Assembly (NCBI GenBank): GCA_965237955.1
Contig: OZ250169.1
Location: 928,001 to 992,000 of the forward strand
Source: Candidatus Marinacidobacterales bacterium
GTDB lineage: Bacteria; Acidobacteriota; Vicinamibacteria; Marinacidobacterales; SMYC01
Direction: 5' to 3'
DNA: 64,000 nt
The notes below the pieces were generated by a model. It was not told the DNA's origin. It was given only the letters and a program-made list of their open reading frames with translations, and did no database searches. Position 1 is the stretch's first letter; each line of letters begins with the position of its first letter. Made by a program: the position numbers and the translations under genes. This document shows, one piece after another, positions 1 through 10,329 of this stretch.

Positions 1-710
1 GGTCTTGAGCGTACCGAAGAAGCTTTCGCTCACGGCGTTGTCCCAGCAATTACCTTTGCGGCTCATCGAGCACACGATGCCGTACTCATCGAGCACGGCC
101 TGGTAAGACGCAGCCGCGTATTGAGTACCACGGTCTGAATGATGCACAAGCCACTTCCAGGCAGACGGCGCCCCAAGGCCATGTGAAGCGCCTCGAGAGC
201 AAGCTCTGCGCGCAGGTGGGACTGCATCGCCCAGCCGACGACACGACGCGAGAACAGATCGAGGATGACCGCCAAGTAGAGCCAGCCTTCCCAAGTCCGG
301 ATGAAGGTTATGTCCGTCACCCAGAACTGGTTCGCTCGTTCGGCTTCGAAGTGCCGGCCGAGCACGTTGGGCGCGATAGGGCGATCGTGCTTGCTGTCGG
401 TCGTGCGGCGAAAACGCTTGCTGGGCAGGCCCTGCAGGCCCATCTCACGCATCAGCCGTGCCACTCGCTGCTTGCCCACCTCGACGTTCTCCCCGTCAAG
501 CTGGCGACGTACACGCTCCCTGCCGTAGGTACCACGGCTATGGGCGTGGATCGCTTGGATGCGCAGCTTCAGCTTCCCATCCTCACACTGTCGCCTGCTG
601 GGCGCGCGCTTCATCTGAGCGTAGTAGCCGCTGGTCGATACCCTCAGGACTCGGCACATCACCCGCACCGGATAGTTGGCCCGCTCCGCGTGAATGAACT
701 TGAATCTCAT
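1..710 (-). pseudogene. IS3 transposase OrfB (rve), frameshifted near 150
   Basis: [31 protein letters not shown]; HSDRG and [13 protein letters not shown] motifs continue in another frame. Confidence 0.85.
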
Positions 711-1003
711 TCGCTTTCCTTCGCGAAGAAGGCCGCCGCCTTTTTTAATATTTCTCGCTCTTGCTCCAACGTGCGTACTCGACGTCGCAGCGAACGGAGC
801 TCATCACGTTCCGCCGTCGTCAGAGCCTCGCGTGGACCTTCACCGTGATCAACCTCGTATTGTTTCACCCAGTTTCGAAGGGCTGATTCCGTCAGGTCCA
901 GTTCCTTAGCGACCTGGCCGATGCTGCGCTCGCCCGCTTTGAACAGCCGGACCGCTTCCTTCTTGAACTCCCCCGTGAACTTCCTTCGTCGTCGCTTTCC
1001 CAT
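707..1003 (-). CDS. IS3 transposase OrfA (HTH)
   Basis: MGKRRRRKFTGEFKKEAVRL...ILKKAAAFFAKE; GGAGG SD upstream of ATG 1003. Confidence 0.9.
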   Translation of the reverse strand: MGKRRRRKFTGEFKKEAVRLFKAGERSIGQVAKELDLTESALRNWVKQYEVDHGEGPREALTTAERDELRSLRRRVRTLEQEREILKKAAAFFAKESE

Positions 1004-1063
1004 GGACGCCTCCAGGCGCATTGTCGCGCCTCGGTTGGTGTCCACAAAACCCGGGCAGGGTCA

Positions 1064-1504
1064 AGTCCCATCTCATCGGCCAGAGCTGACACCGCATACG
1101 ACGCCAGCGGCGTCTATGAGGCAATCGAGAATCACAGCGCTCATCGCTCGCCGAGGGTGCTGATACCGCCGCGCAAGGGCGCCCAGCTCGCATCGGGGCC
1201 GGCGAGCAGCCGACAGCGCAATCGCAACATTGCAGCACAAGCTCGGCTCGGCAAACGAAAGCGGCACACAGAATCGGGCTACAGCAAACGGAGCAAAGTC
1301 GAGACAACGTTCCATCGCTACAAGGCTATCGTGGGCTCAGCGATGCGAGCGAGAGGGTTGGCGGCACAGAGAGTCGAGGCAAGGATCGGGTGCAAGATTC
1401 TGAACACCATGACGGCGCTCGGGATGCCTGATAGCGAGATGATCGGATGATGGGAGTCGGGGCCAAGCGAGCTATCGGCCTCTATCGGAGTTGTGCACCA
1501 AGGC
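1064..1504 (+). mobile_element. 3' part of an IS5-family (IS903-group) element
   Basis: Near-identical to the reverse complement of 11727-12167; ends in GAGTTGTGCACCAAGGC; RSKVETTFHRYK motif. Confidence 0.9.
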
Positions 1505-1818
1505 ACGGCCGCGGCGACAAAAGACACCCACCACGCGCGCCACAAGATCGCCCCGGTCGTCCACGGGCTCCACACGAGCAAGTGGTAGCAAACTTGCGAG
1601 ATGGAGAGTACGGCCATGCCGCCGAGCGCCCAGCGACGGTATTTCTCGAGGGCGCCGAGTTGAATCAAGGCAAGGAACGCGCCAACTCCGAGGCCGGTCA
1701 GCGAAAGGAGAACGCGCAGGCGGATCGTGCCGAACGACTGGAGGGTGGCGGCCGAGACGAGTAGCAGGCCCGACAGGAGGATCGCGGCGATAAGAACAAA
1801 GCGCAAGCTCCGTTGCAT
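1505..1818 (-). pseudogene. Membrane protein, C-terminally truncated by IS903-like element
   Basis: Several hydrophobic segments; reading frame runs into the IS end at 1504. Confidence 0.55.
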
Positions 1819-2320
1819 GTCGGATTTCCCGACGGTTAACACTATACGACAAAGATAGAGCTTTCGGGTCAGTGGGTCAGTGTCAGTGCCAGATGAGGGC
1901 GTCGTTCATGTCACCGACCGCGTCCTCGTCGCCGGCGAGATAGCGCGCCGCGATGAGCTCGGCATCGGCGAAGGCCACGAAGATAGATATAGCCGACGGG
2001 AAATTTGTGCGGAATGGCGGCGGCTTCGAGCGCAGCGATCGGCGCGAGCTCCATGAAGTCGTCGATCGGCATCGTGAGCCGAATCTCGGCGTCTTGTCCT
2101 TCGGCGTCCGGTTTTCCCGAGGTTTCGCCAGAGCTGTCGGACGCCACGACGGTCGTCGCGTCGCGCCAGTCAGTGCCTACGATTAGCCCGATAGCCGGCG
2201 GCCGTTTCGTGGCGGGATTCTTTCTTGGATCGCTTTTTCTTTTCCGGTGCGTACGTAGTTGCCGCGGTCGCGCTCGTTGGCGTCGTTGCGGCGTCCCCCG
2301 CGCTGGTCAATCTCGACGAC

Positions 2321-3598
2321 CTAGAACGAAACGTCCCACTGCAGACGGGCGCGCCAGCCGGTGTCTTCTGATCCCAACGGGAGTGTTGTCTTTAGGTGCG
2401 ACACGTCCATCGTGATCTTGTTGTTGTGCCCGCTGAAAAACCAATTGCCACCAAATGTCACCTCACGGTCGACGGGGAGGAGTACGCCCTTTTTCGAGTC
2501 GACGCGGGCTACACGAACAGCTAATTCCAGCGGGTTGGGGAACGCGTCGATCGCTTCGTGGAAGAAGTAGCCCGCCTGCGCGTACCAACCGTCGAGCTCG
2601 GTGATCTCCTGGTGCACGAGATCATCGACGCGCTTGAAGTGATACTCACCTTGGAGCGAGAACCCGCGGCCCTGGTAGGCGAATTCGGTCATCCATTGCT
2701 CCAGCTTGTATTGTCCGGGTTCGCCCGGCTCGAACCCGGGAAGCTGGCCAGCGCCGCCCGACGAGAATCGAGTGAAGCGCCCGACGTTTCTCGAGGCGGC
2801 AACAGCGAGGGACGCGGCGGGTTCCGGCCGACGGCGTATGTCCGACTGGCCGAAACCGAGATCGCGTTTCAGGAAATTCCATTGCCAGCGCCCGACGACC
2901 ATTGGCTCGCGGTCCTCGTCGAGCCCGCCGCCTCGGCCGGTCCCGGTGAGGACGCCGCCCGCATATCGTGAGTCGGCCCACGATCCTGCAAACAGGCGGC
3001 CCATGACGGTTGCTCCTGACTGTCGGTCGACGGTGAAGGGGCTGTTGACGATCGACCGGTCGGCAAACTGCTGCGCACCTGAGGAATCCAACCGCTCGCG
3101 GTTGTAGAGCGCTTTGTACTGCCCGATCCGAACCCCAATTCCGTCGTTGGGCTGGAAATCGAATTGAAACGTGAGCATGACGCTTCCAACGATGCTGTAC
3201 TCGAGGTAGTACCTGAGCCACGGACGATAGGCGTGGCCGTCGAGCTTGAATCGTGCCCGGCGGATTCGGAACCCGGCGGCCTCTTCGACGCCGTCCTCTT
3301 CTCCAACGAGGTCTTCGCTGGTCACGGCTGTGGTGCGTGTCTGTGCGCGCCAACGGATCCTCGCCGCGAACTTCCCGTCTTTGCTTTTGAGATGCAAACC
3401 GTCCTTGTAGTACACCTCGACGGGGGAGCCTTCTTCGGGCTCGTTTTTCTCCTCTTCTTTTTCCTCCTCGTCGTCGGACTCTTGGGTCCCACTCTGTTCG
3501 GCCTGTCCGGCCACGGACGACTGTGGAGTGAACGGAATAGTGAGCGATAGCGCCAATAGCACTACCCAGGGGGACATGAGCATACGGGAATTGGACAC
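2321..3598 (-). CDS. Phosphate-selective porin OprO/OprP family
   Basis: Signal peptide, FRIRRARF, GWYAQAGYF, GNWFFSGHNNK, C-terminal Phe typical of beta-barrels. Confidence 0.85.
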   Translation of the reverse strand: MSNSRMLMSPWVVLLALSLTIPFTPQSSVAGQAEQSGTQESDDEEEKEEEKNEPEEGSPVEVYYKDGLHLKSKDGKFAARIRWRAQTRTTAVTSEDLVGEEDGVEEAAGFRIRRARFKLDGHAYRPWLRYYLEYSIVGSVMLTFQFDFQPNDGIGVRIGQYKALYNRERLDSSGAQQFADRSIVNSPFTVDRQSGATVMGRLFAGSWADSRYAGGVLTGTGRGGGLDEDREPMVVGRWQWNFLKRDLGFGQSDIRRRPEPAASLAVAASRNVGRFTRFSSGGAGQLPGFEPGEPGQYKLEQWMTEFAYQGRGFSLQGEYHFKRVDDLVHQEITELDGWYAQAGYFFHEAIDAFPNPLELAVRVARVDSKKGVLLPVDREVTFGGNWFFSGHNNKITMDVSHLKTTLPLGSEDTGWRARLQWDVSF

Positions 3599-3661
3599 GG
3601 TCGGAAGCCTTTGTGTGTAACGCTGACGTTACGTTATTGTTACACTGGCCAGCCGGAGGAG

Positions 3662-3805
3662 CTAGCGGAAGGTGAGAGCGGGATCGCCGAAGAGGTGGTA
3701 GATGCTGAGCAGTTCTGGAAAGGCACCGGTTTCGGCGTATTTTCTCTGGGCTTCGAGGATCGCATCGCCGAGCCGGGCATGGCCACCGCGTACAAACTCT
3801 TCCAA
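3662..3805 (-). pseudogene. C-terminal fragment of C25 (gingipain-like) peptidase
   Basis: RLGDAILEAQ...YHLFGDPALTFR* matches the C25 C-terminal LFGDP motif; no 5' part. Confidence 0.6.
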
Positions 3806-3967
3806 TGGAGCTGGCCCGCTTCGTTCTGGCTTCTGGCGATTCCTATCGACCACGCGCTCGTCTCCGAAGACGTACGCGTGCTCGATCGCCGCATGGGACC
3901 GTCGATCGGCTCCGATCATTTACCAATCGTGCTGGATATCGCGCTCCCGGCCAACCTCGATCGGTAG
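3803..3967 (+). pseudogene. C-terminal fragment of endonuclease/exonuclease/phosphatase (EEP) protein
   Basis: SWPA...IPIDHALVS...GSDHLPIV motifs; no 5' part. Confidence 0.7.
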
Positions 3968-4099
3968 CGGACACCCGCGCGCAGAAGCGCAAGAGTCGCT
4001 GAATCATGCCTGGAGGAGGGAAGCGGGTTGAAAGTCAGGTCCAATTCGTACAGGCTGCGGCATTCGGGTGACGCCGTCATCCAGAAGCGGGAGGCAGAC

Positions 4100-5127
4100 A
4101 TGACCCACCTGACGCGAGCTCTCCGCCTTGCTCTTGCGATTGTCCTTCTTGCGGCGCCCATCGGGGCCCAGACGGGCACGGTCCGCATCATCCAAACCAA
4201 CGCCGCCGGCGACAACGTCCACATCATCGATCCCGCAACACAGGAGGTCGTGGACGTGATCCTCGGTATTCCAATGGCGCACGGGGTGACGTCCGCGCCG
4301 GATGGGAGTGCGCTCTACTTCAGCAACGAAGTGGATCACACGCTCGACATCGTCCCCACGAAGACGCTTCGGGTGACGAAGCAAATTCCGCTCACCGGCC
4401 GGCCGAACAACATCGCCATTACACCGGACGGCAGCAAGGTATACGTTGCGATCACGCGAGAAGACGCCTTCGTCGACGTCGTTCACCTTGACGAGGAGAA
4501 AGTCGTGAAGCGCATCCCCACACTCGGCGGGGTCCACAACGTGTTCATGACGCCGGATGGTCGCTTTGTCGCCGCCGGTATGATCGGAGCGAGAACCCTG
4601 ACCGTCATCGACACCGAGACCGACGAGCCCGTCTGGTCGCTTCATTTCGATGGAGGCGTTCGGCCGATGGCGTTCGAGGCGAAGCCGGATGGCGCGACCA
4701 GCCGGATCTTCGTCCAGATCTCGAACTACCACGGGTTCTACGTCGTGGACTTCGACAAGCGGCTCTTGGTCGAGAAGGTCCCGATGCCCGAGCTCCCGTT
4801 CTCGCAGGTCGATAACGATGGGCTCCAGGGCTCGCCCGGACATGGTCTTTCGTCTCTCCCGACGGCTCTCAGCTCTGGTCGACCAGCAAGCCGAACAAGC
4901 ACGTCTACGCGTGGTCGCTTCCTGATCTCGACTACCTCGGGGGCGTGGCCGTCGGTCATCACCCGGACTGGCTCACGATGACTCCGGACGGACGCTACCT
5001 CTACGCGGCAAACGCTGGCTCGAATACCGTCTCGGTCATCGACACTCAAAAGTTGGAGCGCGTGACCGATATCGCCGTGGGACAGACGCCCAAGCGCAAT
5101 CACACGGTGGTGATCCGATGCTTCTGA
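4100..5127 (+). pseudogene. YVTN/YncE-like beta-propeller protein, frameshift near 4850
   Basis: Signal peptide, repeated TPDG...YV/N blades; C-terminal blades in ORF 4945-5127. Confidence 0.8.
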
Positions 5128-5609
5128 GCCCTCTGAATTTTGACCGCTACCGCGCCGAGATTGAGCCCATCTTCCTGAAACCCCGCGGCGGCCACGGACC
5201 CGGAATGTCGCCGTGCGTTACCTGTCACGTGAGAAACGGCACTCCGCTCAAGCTGGAGCCACTGCAGGAGGATGAGAACGGCGGAGTCTTCTGGACCGAA
5301 GCGCAGTCGCGCAAGAACTTCGAAGTCGTGTCGCAACTGGTCGTGCCAGCTCAGCCCGAGAGGAGCCGGCTACTACAAGTGCCGCTCGTGGTTGGCGCGC
5401 GTTTCCACGTCGGCGGCAAGTTTCTTGATTCCGAAGCCGATCCCGAGTGGCAAACCATGGCGGGGTGGGTCCGAGACGCCGATACGTCGGAAGCAGCGGC
5501 GGGAGACGCTGGTTCTCGCAAGACGATCCGGAATGGCAGATGCTGGCCGCGTGGGTTCGAGGCGAGGAGCCGCGGTGCTCGAGCTATTGAGCCGGTCGCG
5601 AGTGCATGA
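5118..5609 (+). pseudogene. c-type cytochrome domain protein, internally deleted
   Basis: CVTCH heme motif; domain end DPEWQTMAGWVR recurs as DDPEWQMLAAWVRG in another frame (5520-5590). Confidence 0.55.
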
Positions 5610-6226
5610 CGAGGTTGAACTCGCTCGAGCGGCACCAACGAACGCTGGCCCGCTGTAAACGCTGCCCCGGGATGCAGAAGCCGGTCGTGATCGGCAACCC
5701 GGTGATGTCCGAAGTGCTACTGGTAGGCCAAGCGCCTGGGTTCAAAGAAATCGAGATTCACAAACCGTTTGCGTGGACGGCGGGCAAGACGATGTTCGGC
5801 TGGTTCGATTCGATCGGTATCGGTGAAGAATCCTTCCGCGACCTTGTTTACATGGCGGCCGTGTGCCGCTGTTTCCCAGGCAAGAACCCGAAGGGAGGAG
5901 ACCGAGTGCCGGATCGCGAAGAAATCGCGAACTGTGCTGGCTGGCTGGAAGCCGAAGTGAAACTGCTCGAGCCGAAGCTCGTCATCCCCGTTGGAAAGCT
6001 TGCGATCGGCCAGATGATGGAGGTCGACAAACTGAAGGACGTGATCGGCCGCAAATTCCAGCTCAACCTGCACGGTGTGCGTTCCGACATGATTCCTCTG
6101 CCGCACCCTTCGGGCGCCTCCACGTGGCATCGCATGGAGCCGGGGCGAACGCTGCTGGGAAAAGCATTGAAGCTGATCAAGGCACACCGCGCATGGGCCA
6201 AATTGGCGCGCCGACGCGCGACGTAG
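5606..6226 (+). CDS. Uracil-DNA glycosylase superfamily protein
   Basis: CKRC, LLVGQAPG, CRCFPGK, PLPHPSG motifs. Confidence 0.9.
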   Translation: MTRLNSLERHQRTLARCKRCPGMQKPVVIGNPVMSEVLLVGQAPGFKEIEIHKPFAWTAGKTMFGWFDSIGIGEESFRDLVYMAAVCRCFPGKNPKGGDRVPDREEIANCAGWLEAEVKLLEPKLVIPVGKLAIGQMMEVDKLKDVIGRKFQLNLHGVRSDMIPLPHPSGASTWHRMEPGRTLLGKALKLIKAHRAWAKLARRRAT

Positions 6227-6320
6227 GGTGCTTCCGCCGTTTACTGTTGGCGATCCGTTCTCAGCAACACTTAGTGACGGAAGCACCAGGGATTTCGGCG
6301 ATCGCAGCTCAAGGTCGCTT

Positions 6321-9300
6321 TCACGGCCGCTTCAGCAAATCCTCCAGCTCGTAAACCTGTCCGTTCTGGATCACTGTTCGAACTCGCCGGGCGTCGCGGA
6401 TTTCCTCCAGAGGATTGCCGTCCACGATGACGATGTCGGCCAGCTTTCCGGCCTCGATAGATCCCAAGTCTTCGGCGGCGCCCAGTGACTCGGCGGCATG
6501 AAGGCTGACGGTCTGGAGGGCTCGAAGGGGGCTCAGACCCGCTTCTTCTACAAAATGTTGGAGCTCGGCATGGAGGCTGACGGCGTAGGGGAGAATGTCA
6601 GTGCCACCGAGGATGCGGACGCCAGCCTCGCTGTAGTCTTTCACGATGCGCCCCAGCCGCTTGAGACGGTTCTCCTCAGAAGCCCTGTCTTTCCGGGCAC
6701 GCTCCATCGCGGCTCGGATGGACTCGATGACCGGAGAAGGAAAAAGATCCAGACGTCGGTCCTCGATGAGCGCCGGCTCGCGCACGGCCGCCAGCGGGAA
6801 AGAGAAGACCCCCATGGTGGGAGTGGTCGCCATTCCCGAGCGGGCGAGGATCTCGATGACGTCCTGGTAGGTCCGGAAGGTCCAAGTGGCCTTGGGTGAG
6901 TAGCCGCGCCGGCTCGTGCCCCGGTAGTGCTCGATCCCGTCAGTGCCATATGCAGCCGCGGGATAGAGCTCGTGCGAAGTGACGGGAATTCCCATCTCGT
7001 GGGCGCGCTCCACGATTCGCTTCTGGACCGGATCGGAAAGCCGCACGTAGGTCTTGATGAAGTCGTACTCGAGCTTTCGGGCGCGCTCCAGCTCCGCCTC
7101 CAACTGCGCTCCAGCGTCCATAGCCAGCGCGCCCGCATAGTACGTCCGCGAACCGTCGAAGCTCTGGCCGGTGAAAAACTCGCGAGGGCCGACGCGCTTA
7201 CCGGAGGAGATGGACTCCAGACGCTCTCGCGCCTCGTAGGGATTGGACAAGGGCTCCCTCACCGAGGTGATGCCATAAGACAGCCAGATGCGGCCGAGGA
7301 CCTCCCCGAAACCGGCCTGCTGGTGGACGTGCATGTCGATGAGCCCTGGAATCACCGTACCCTGACCGCCGTCTACGACCCGCCCGGAGTGAAGGTCGGA
7401 CCGGTGGGGTGTGATCTCTCGAATCCGGTGACCCATAATGATGATGTCCATGTCGCGGCGCAGAGAATCGGAGCGGCCGTCGAAGAGACGGCCGGCATGG
7501 ACCACGAGGCGATCCGTGGGAAGCTTCCGCCTCCATGTAAGCTCGAGCGGTAGGGTCTCCACGCGACCGTCGTCGAGGGAGACACGCTGCAGCCGATCGA
7601 CGGCCATGAAGAAAATCGCTCGCGAGTCTCCCGTCCAAGAGATCGCTTCCGCCAGCTCGTTCGCGAACCGTCGCGGCGGTCCAATAGGCTCACCGGCTTT
7701 GCCCACCGGGACGACCCAGAGCGCCCCATCGCTCGTGAAAGCCATCATGCTCCCGTCGGGAGACCAGACCGGGCCGTCGGTTCCTCTCGATCCGATCGAG
7801 CGGTGGGAAAATGGCGTGACCCTGCGATCGGGAGAACCATGACGAGAAATGAGAAGGATGTCGTTTCGCCCTTCGCGAAAGCGGGAGGAGTACCGGTTGA
7901 GAGCAGAGACCGCGACGACGGTCCCGTCGGAAGACCAGGTTGCCCGCCCCGACGCAGGCGAACAGCAGTTTGATTCCGACATCAGCGGAGCGTGGAGATC
8001 TACCACCTCTCCGGAGACGACATCGACGAGCTTGAGTGCGCCTCGGCCATCGGAGAAGACAACTAGGGAGTTGTCGGGAGACCAGGCGGGATACGTCTCA
8101 GCGCCAGGGCGGTCGGTAAGCTGTCGGTCCTCGCCGGTGCGAAGGTTTTTGATCCAGAGGTCCATCGTCCCCGCGCGATCGCATGCGTAAACCAGCCGCT
8201 CTCCGTCCGATGACCAGGCTGGATGGAGCTCGACGAAACCATCCTCGGTGAGTCGTTCGGGCTCCCCGCCGATCGTAAGGAGCCAGAGATCACCGAGAGC
8301 CACGAATGCGATGTGATTGCCGTCAGGAGAGACAGCAGGCGTGACGATGCCCAGTACCGGTTGGGGATCGGTGGAATCGAAGTCCCTTCGCCGTCTTTCG
8401 TAGGTGTGTCTTTCCAATGTCACGGTCGCCTTGAAAGCTACGGTCTCGGGATCGCTCAGATCCACAGAGCGGCGTTTGATCTTTCCGTCGGCCGTGTAGA
8501 GAAACTCGGTCGGGGAAAGCCATGAGGCCCGGAATGGGAAGACATCCTCATCCGGGAGAGTGACTAGTCGGGGTTTGTTCGAAGATGACAAGGATCCGCT
8601 CTCGGTGACGTCCACCAGAAGGAGGCGGCTTTCAAGCCCTTCGATCTCGTTGAAAAGGAGCATCGTCCCATCGGGGCTCCATGACGGAGCCGAGGCGTTG
8701 CCGGTCACCGTCGTAACGGTCCGCTGCTTTCCATCGCGGAAGAGGACCCGCACCGAGCGGGCGGTCTCCGAGATGCCGTCCCCGGAGTCCCGACTCCCGG
8801 GAATACTCGGCACCACCACAAGGTCCTGCTCGGAGACGAACGCGATCCTCTGGTCATCGGGCGACCAGGCGGGCGCGAACTCGTTTCCGGCGCCTGTCGT
8901 GAGCCGGTCGAGTCGACCCGTCTCCAACTCCAGTTCCCAGAGATCGTACGTGCCTTCCCGGTCGGAGGAGAAGGCGATCTTGGAGCCGTCGCTCGACCAG
9001 TGAGGCTCGCGGTCATCGAACGGGCCGAACGTGAGTTGGCGCAGATCCGTCCCCTCGGCCGAGACCGTCCATAGGTGCCAGTTCCCGTCGCGGTAGGATT
9101 GGAAGGCAATCCGCTTTCCGTCCGGGGAGAAGGCCGGCTGGCGAGCGTCACCCAGAGCGTCGGTCGAGGCTTTAGCTGTACCACCCGCCGCCGGCAACTG
9201 CCAGATCGTTCCCTGGAGATCGATAGCGATGATCCTTCCGTCCGGGGAGAGGGCGGCAGCGAAGTCGGTTCCCTCCTCCAGGGTGACTCCGATCTGCCTG

Positions 9301-9410
9301 ACGGCTAAACTCGATTCTCCCTGACCGGAACTTCCTACCGGAGCGAAAAGGCACACGACGGCGCCGAGACAAAAAGAGATGACAAGCAAACGCCGATTTG
9401 ATTTCTGCAT
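6321..9410 (-). CDS. Amidohydrolase with N-terminal TolB-like PD40 repeats
   Basis: Many P(A/S)WSPDG repeats; PGLIDMHVH, GTD, GSIEAGKLADIV motifs. Confidence 0.92.
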   Translation of the reverse strand: MQKSNRRLLVISFCLGAVVCLFAPVGSSGQGESSLAVRQIGVTLEEGTDFAAALSPDGRIIAIDLQGTIWQLPAAGGTAKASTDALGDARQPAFSPDGKRIAFQSYRDGNWHLWTVSAEGTDLRQLTFGPFDDREPHWSSDGSKIAFSSDREGTYDLWELELETGRLDRLTTGAGNEFAPAWSPDDQRIAFVSEQDLVVVPSIPGSRDSGDGISETARSVRVLFRDGKQRTVTTVTGNASAPSWSPDGTMLLFNEIEGLESRLLLVDVTESGSLSSSNKPRLVTLPDEDVFPFRASWLSPTEFLYTADGKIKRRSVDLSDPETVAFKATVTLERHTYERRRRDFDSTDPQPVLGIVTPAVSPDGNHIAFVALGDLWLLTIGGEPERLTEDGFVELHPAWSSDGERLVYACDRAGTMDLWIKNLRTGEDRQLTDRPGAETYPAWSPDNSLVVFSDGRGALKLVDVVSGEVVDLHAPLMSESNCCSPASGRATWSSDGTVVAVSALNRYSSRFREGRNDILLISRHGSPDRRVTPFSHRSIGSRGTDGPVWSPDGSMMAFTSDGALWVVPVGKAGEPIGPPRRFANELAEAISWTGDSRAIFFMAVDRLQRVSLDDGRVETLPLELTWRRKLPTDRLVVHAGRLFDGRSDSLRRDMDIIIMGHRIREITPHRSDLHSGRVVDGGQGTVIPGLIDMHVHQQAGFGEVLGRIWLSYGITSVREPLSNPYEARERLESISSGKRVGPREFFTGQSFDGSRTYYAGALAMDAGAQLEAELERARKLEYDFIKTYVRLSDPVQKRIVERAHEMGIPVTSHELYPAAAYGTDGIEHYRGTSRRGYSPKATWTFRTYQDVIEILARSGMATTPTMGVFSFPLAAVREPALIEDRRLDLFPSPVIESIRAAMERARKDRASEENRLKRLGRIVKDYSEAGVRILGGTDILPYAVSLHAELQHFVEEAGLSPLRALQTVSLHAAESLGAAEDLGSIEAGKLADIVIVDGNPLEEIRDARRVRTVIQNGQVYELEDLLKRP

Positions 9411-9705
9411 TGGACCCTTCCTCTGGGATGGGTGTATTCACCTAGGAGTCGCGAGAATTCGAGTTTCGTGATGTTAGTCAGATCCGCTCCAACAGGCAAG
9501 TCGGGGGGAAGCGGTCATCGACAGGCCGGGCGATCCAGCACCCTCTGCGGCCGGATGGTGTTGGTTGGTTTTCACCGTGCGACTTTTAATCCGTAGACTG
9601 AGTCCTACGCACTGCGGGCGGGGCATTCGCCTGTACAACGATCGGGTCATCGGCGTGGCCAGCACTGGTGGGCCGGCAAGCCGTTGACCAGAACACATAC
9701 TAATA

Positions 9706-10286
9706 ATGAAGCGAGTTTGGCTATGGTGGAGTAGCGGGAAGGAAAGCGCGTGGACTCTCCACGTTCTCCGCAATCAGCCGGCTATCGAAGTAGGCGCCCT
9801 CGTCACCACGGTGAATGAGCGCTTCGACCGCGTCGCGATGCACGCTGTGCGTCGCGACCTCTTGCAGGCTCAGGCCCGATCAGCCGGGGCGGAGCTTCGG
9901 GTTGTCCGCATCCCGCATCCGTACCCGAACGCTGACTACGAAGCCCTTTTCAGGAATACCATCGACGAGGCCCGGAAGGAAGGCGTGACTTGCATGGCGT
10001 TCGGCGATTTGTTTTTGGACGATGTAAGGAGATGGTGGACGGGGGGCTTCGTGCCACGATCACTTGCGTGGACCCGAAAGTCCTTCCGCGCGAGCTCGCG
10101 GGGCGGGAATTCGATTCCGGCTTTCTGGCGGAGCTTCCCGAGGACGTCGATCCATGCGGCGAGAGGGGAGAGTTCCATACGTTCGCCTGGGCGGGTCCCG
10201 TTTTCTCGGCTCCCGTCGCGTGCACGGTCGGTGAGACCGTCGAGCGGGAAGGATTCGTGTTCACCGATCTGATACCCGCCAGTTAA
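9706..10286 (+). pseudogene. Dph6/MJ0570-like ATP-binding protein (adenine nucleotide alpha hydrolase), internal deletion and frameshift near 10030
   Basis: WSSGKESAW, AFGDLFLDDVR, then DPCGERGEFHTF in a different frame. Confidence 0.8.
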
Positions 10287-10320
10287 GATTAGCCGAGATA
10301 AGTCGAGATAAGTTGAGATA
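10281..10320. repeat. Four imperfect 10-bp tandem repeats (AGTCGAGATA-like)
   Basis: agttaagatt agccgagata agtcgagata agttgagata. Confidence 0.7.
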
Positions 10321-10329
10321 GACTCGGTC

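Larger units (their letters stand above)
1..1063 (-). mobile_element. IS3-family insertion sequence (runs off window start)
   Basis: orfA/orfB pair with ATGA overlap at 707-710; left end TGACCCTGCCCGGGTTTTGTGGACAC ends at 1063 and abuts an IS903-like transposase fragment. Confidence 0.92.

Noticed and set aside
1866-1892. Short GTCAGTG tandem repeat
   Set aside because: Three to four degenerate units, consistent with simple slippage and without functional context
9430-9705. Cobalamin riboswitch upstream of the Dph6-like/BtuF-like genes
   Set aside because: I could not find the conserved GGGAA, GCCACTG and B12-box elements in order; an Infernal search would be decisive
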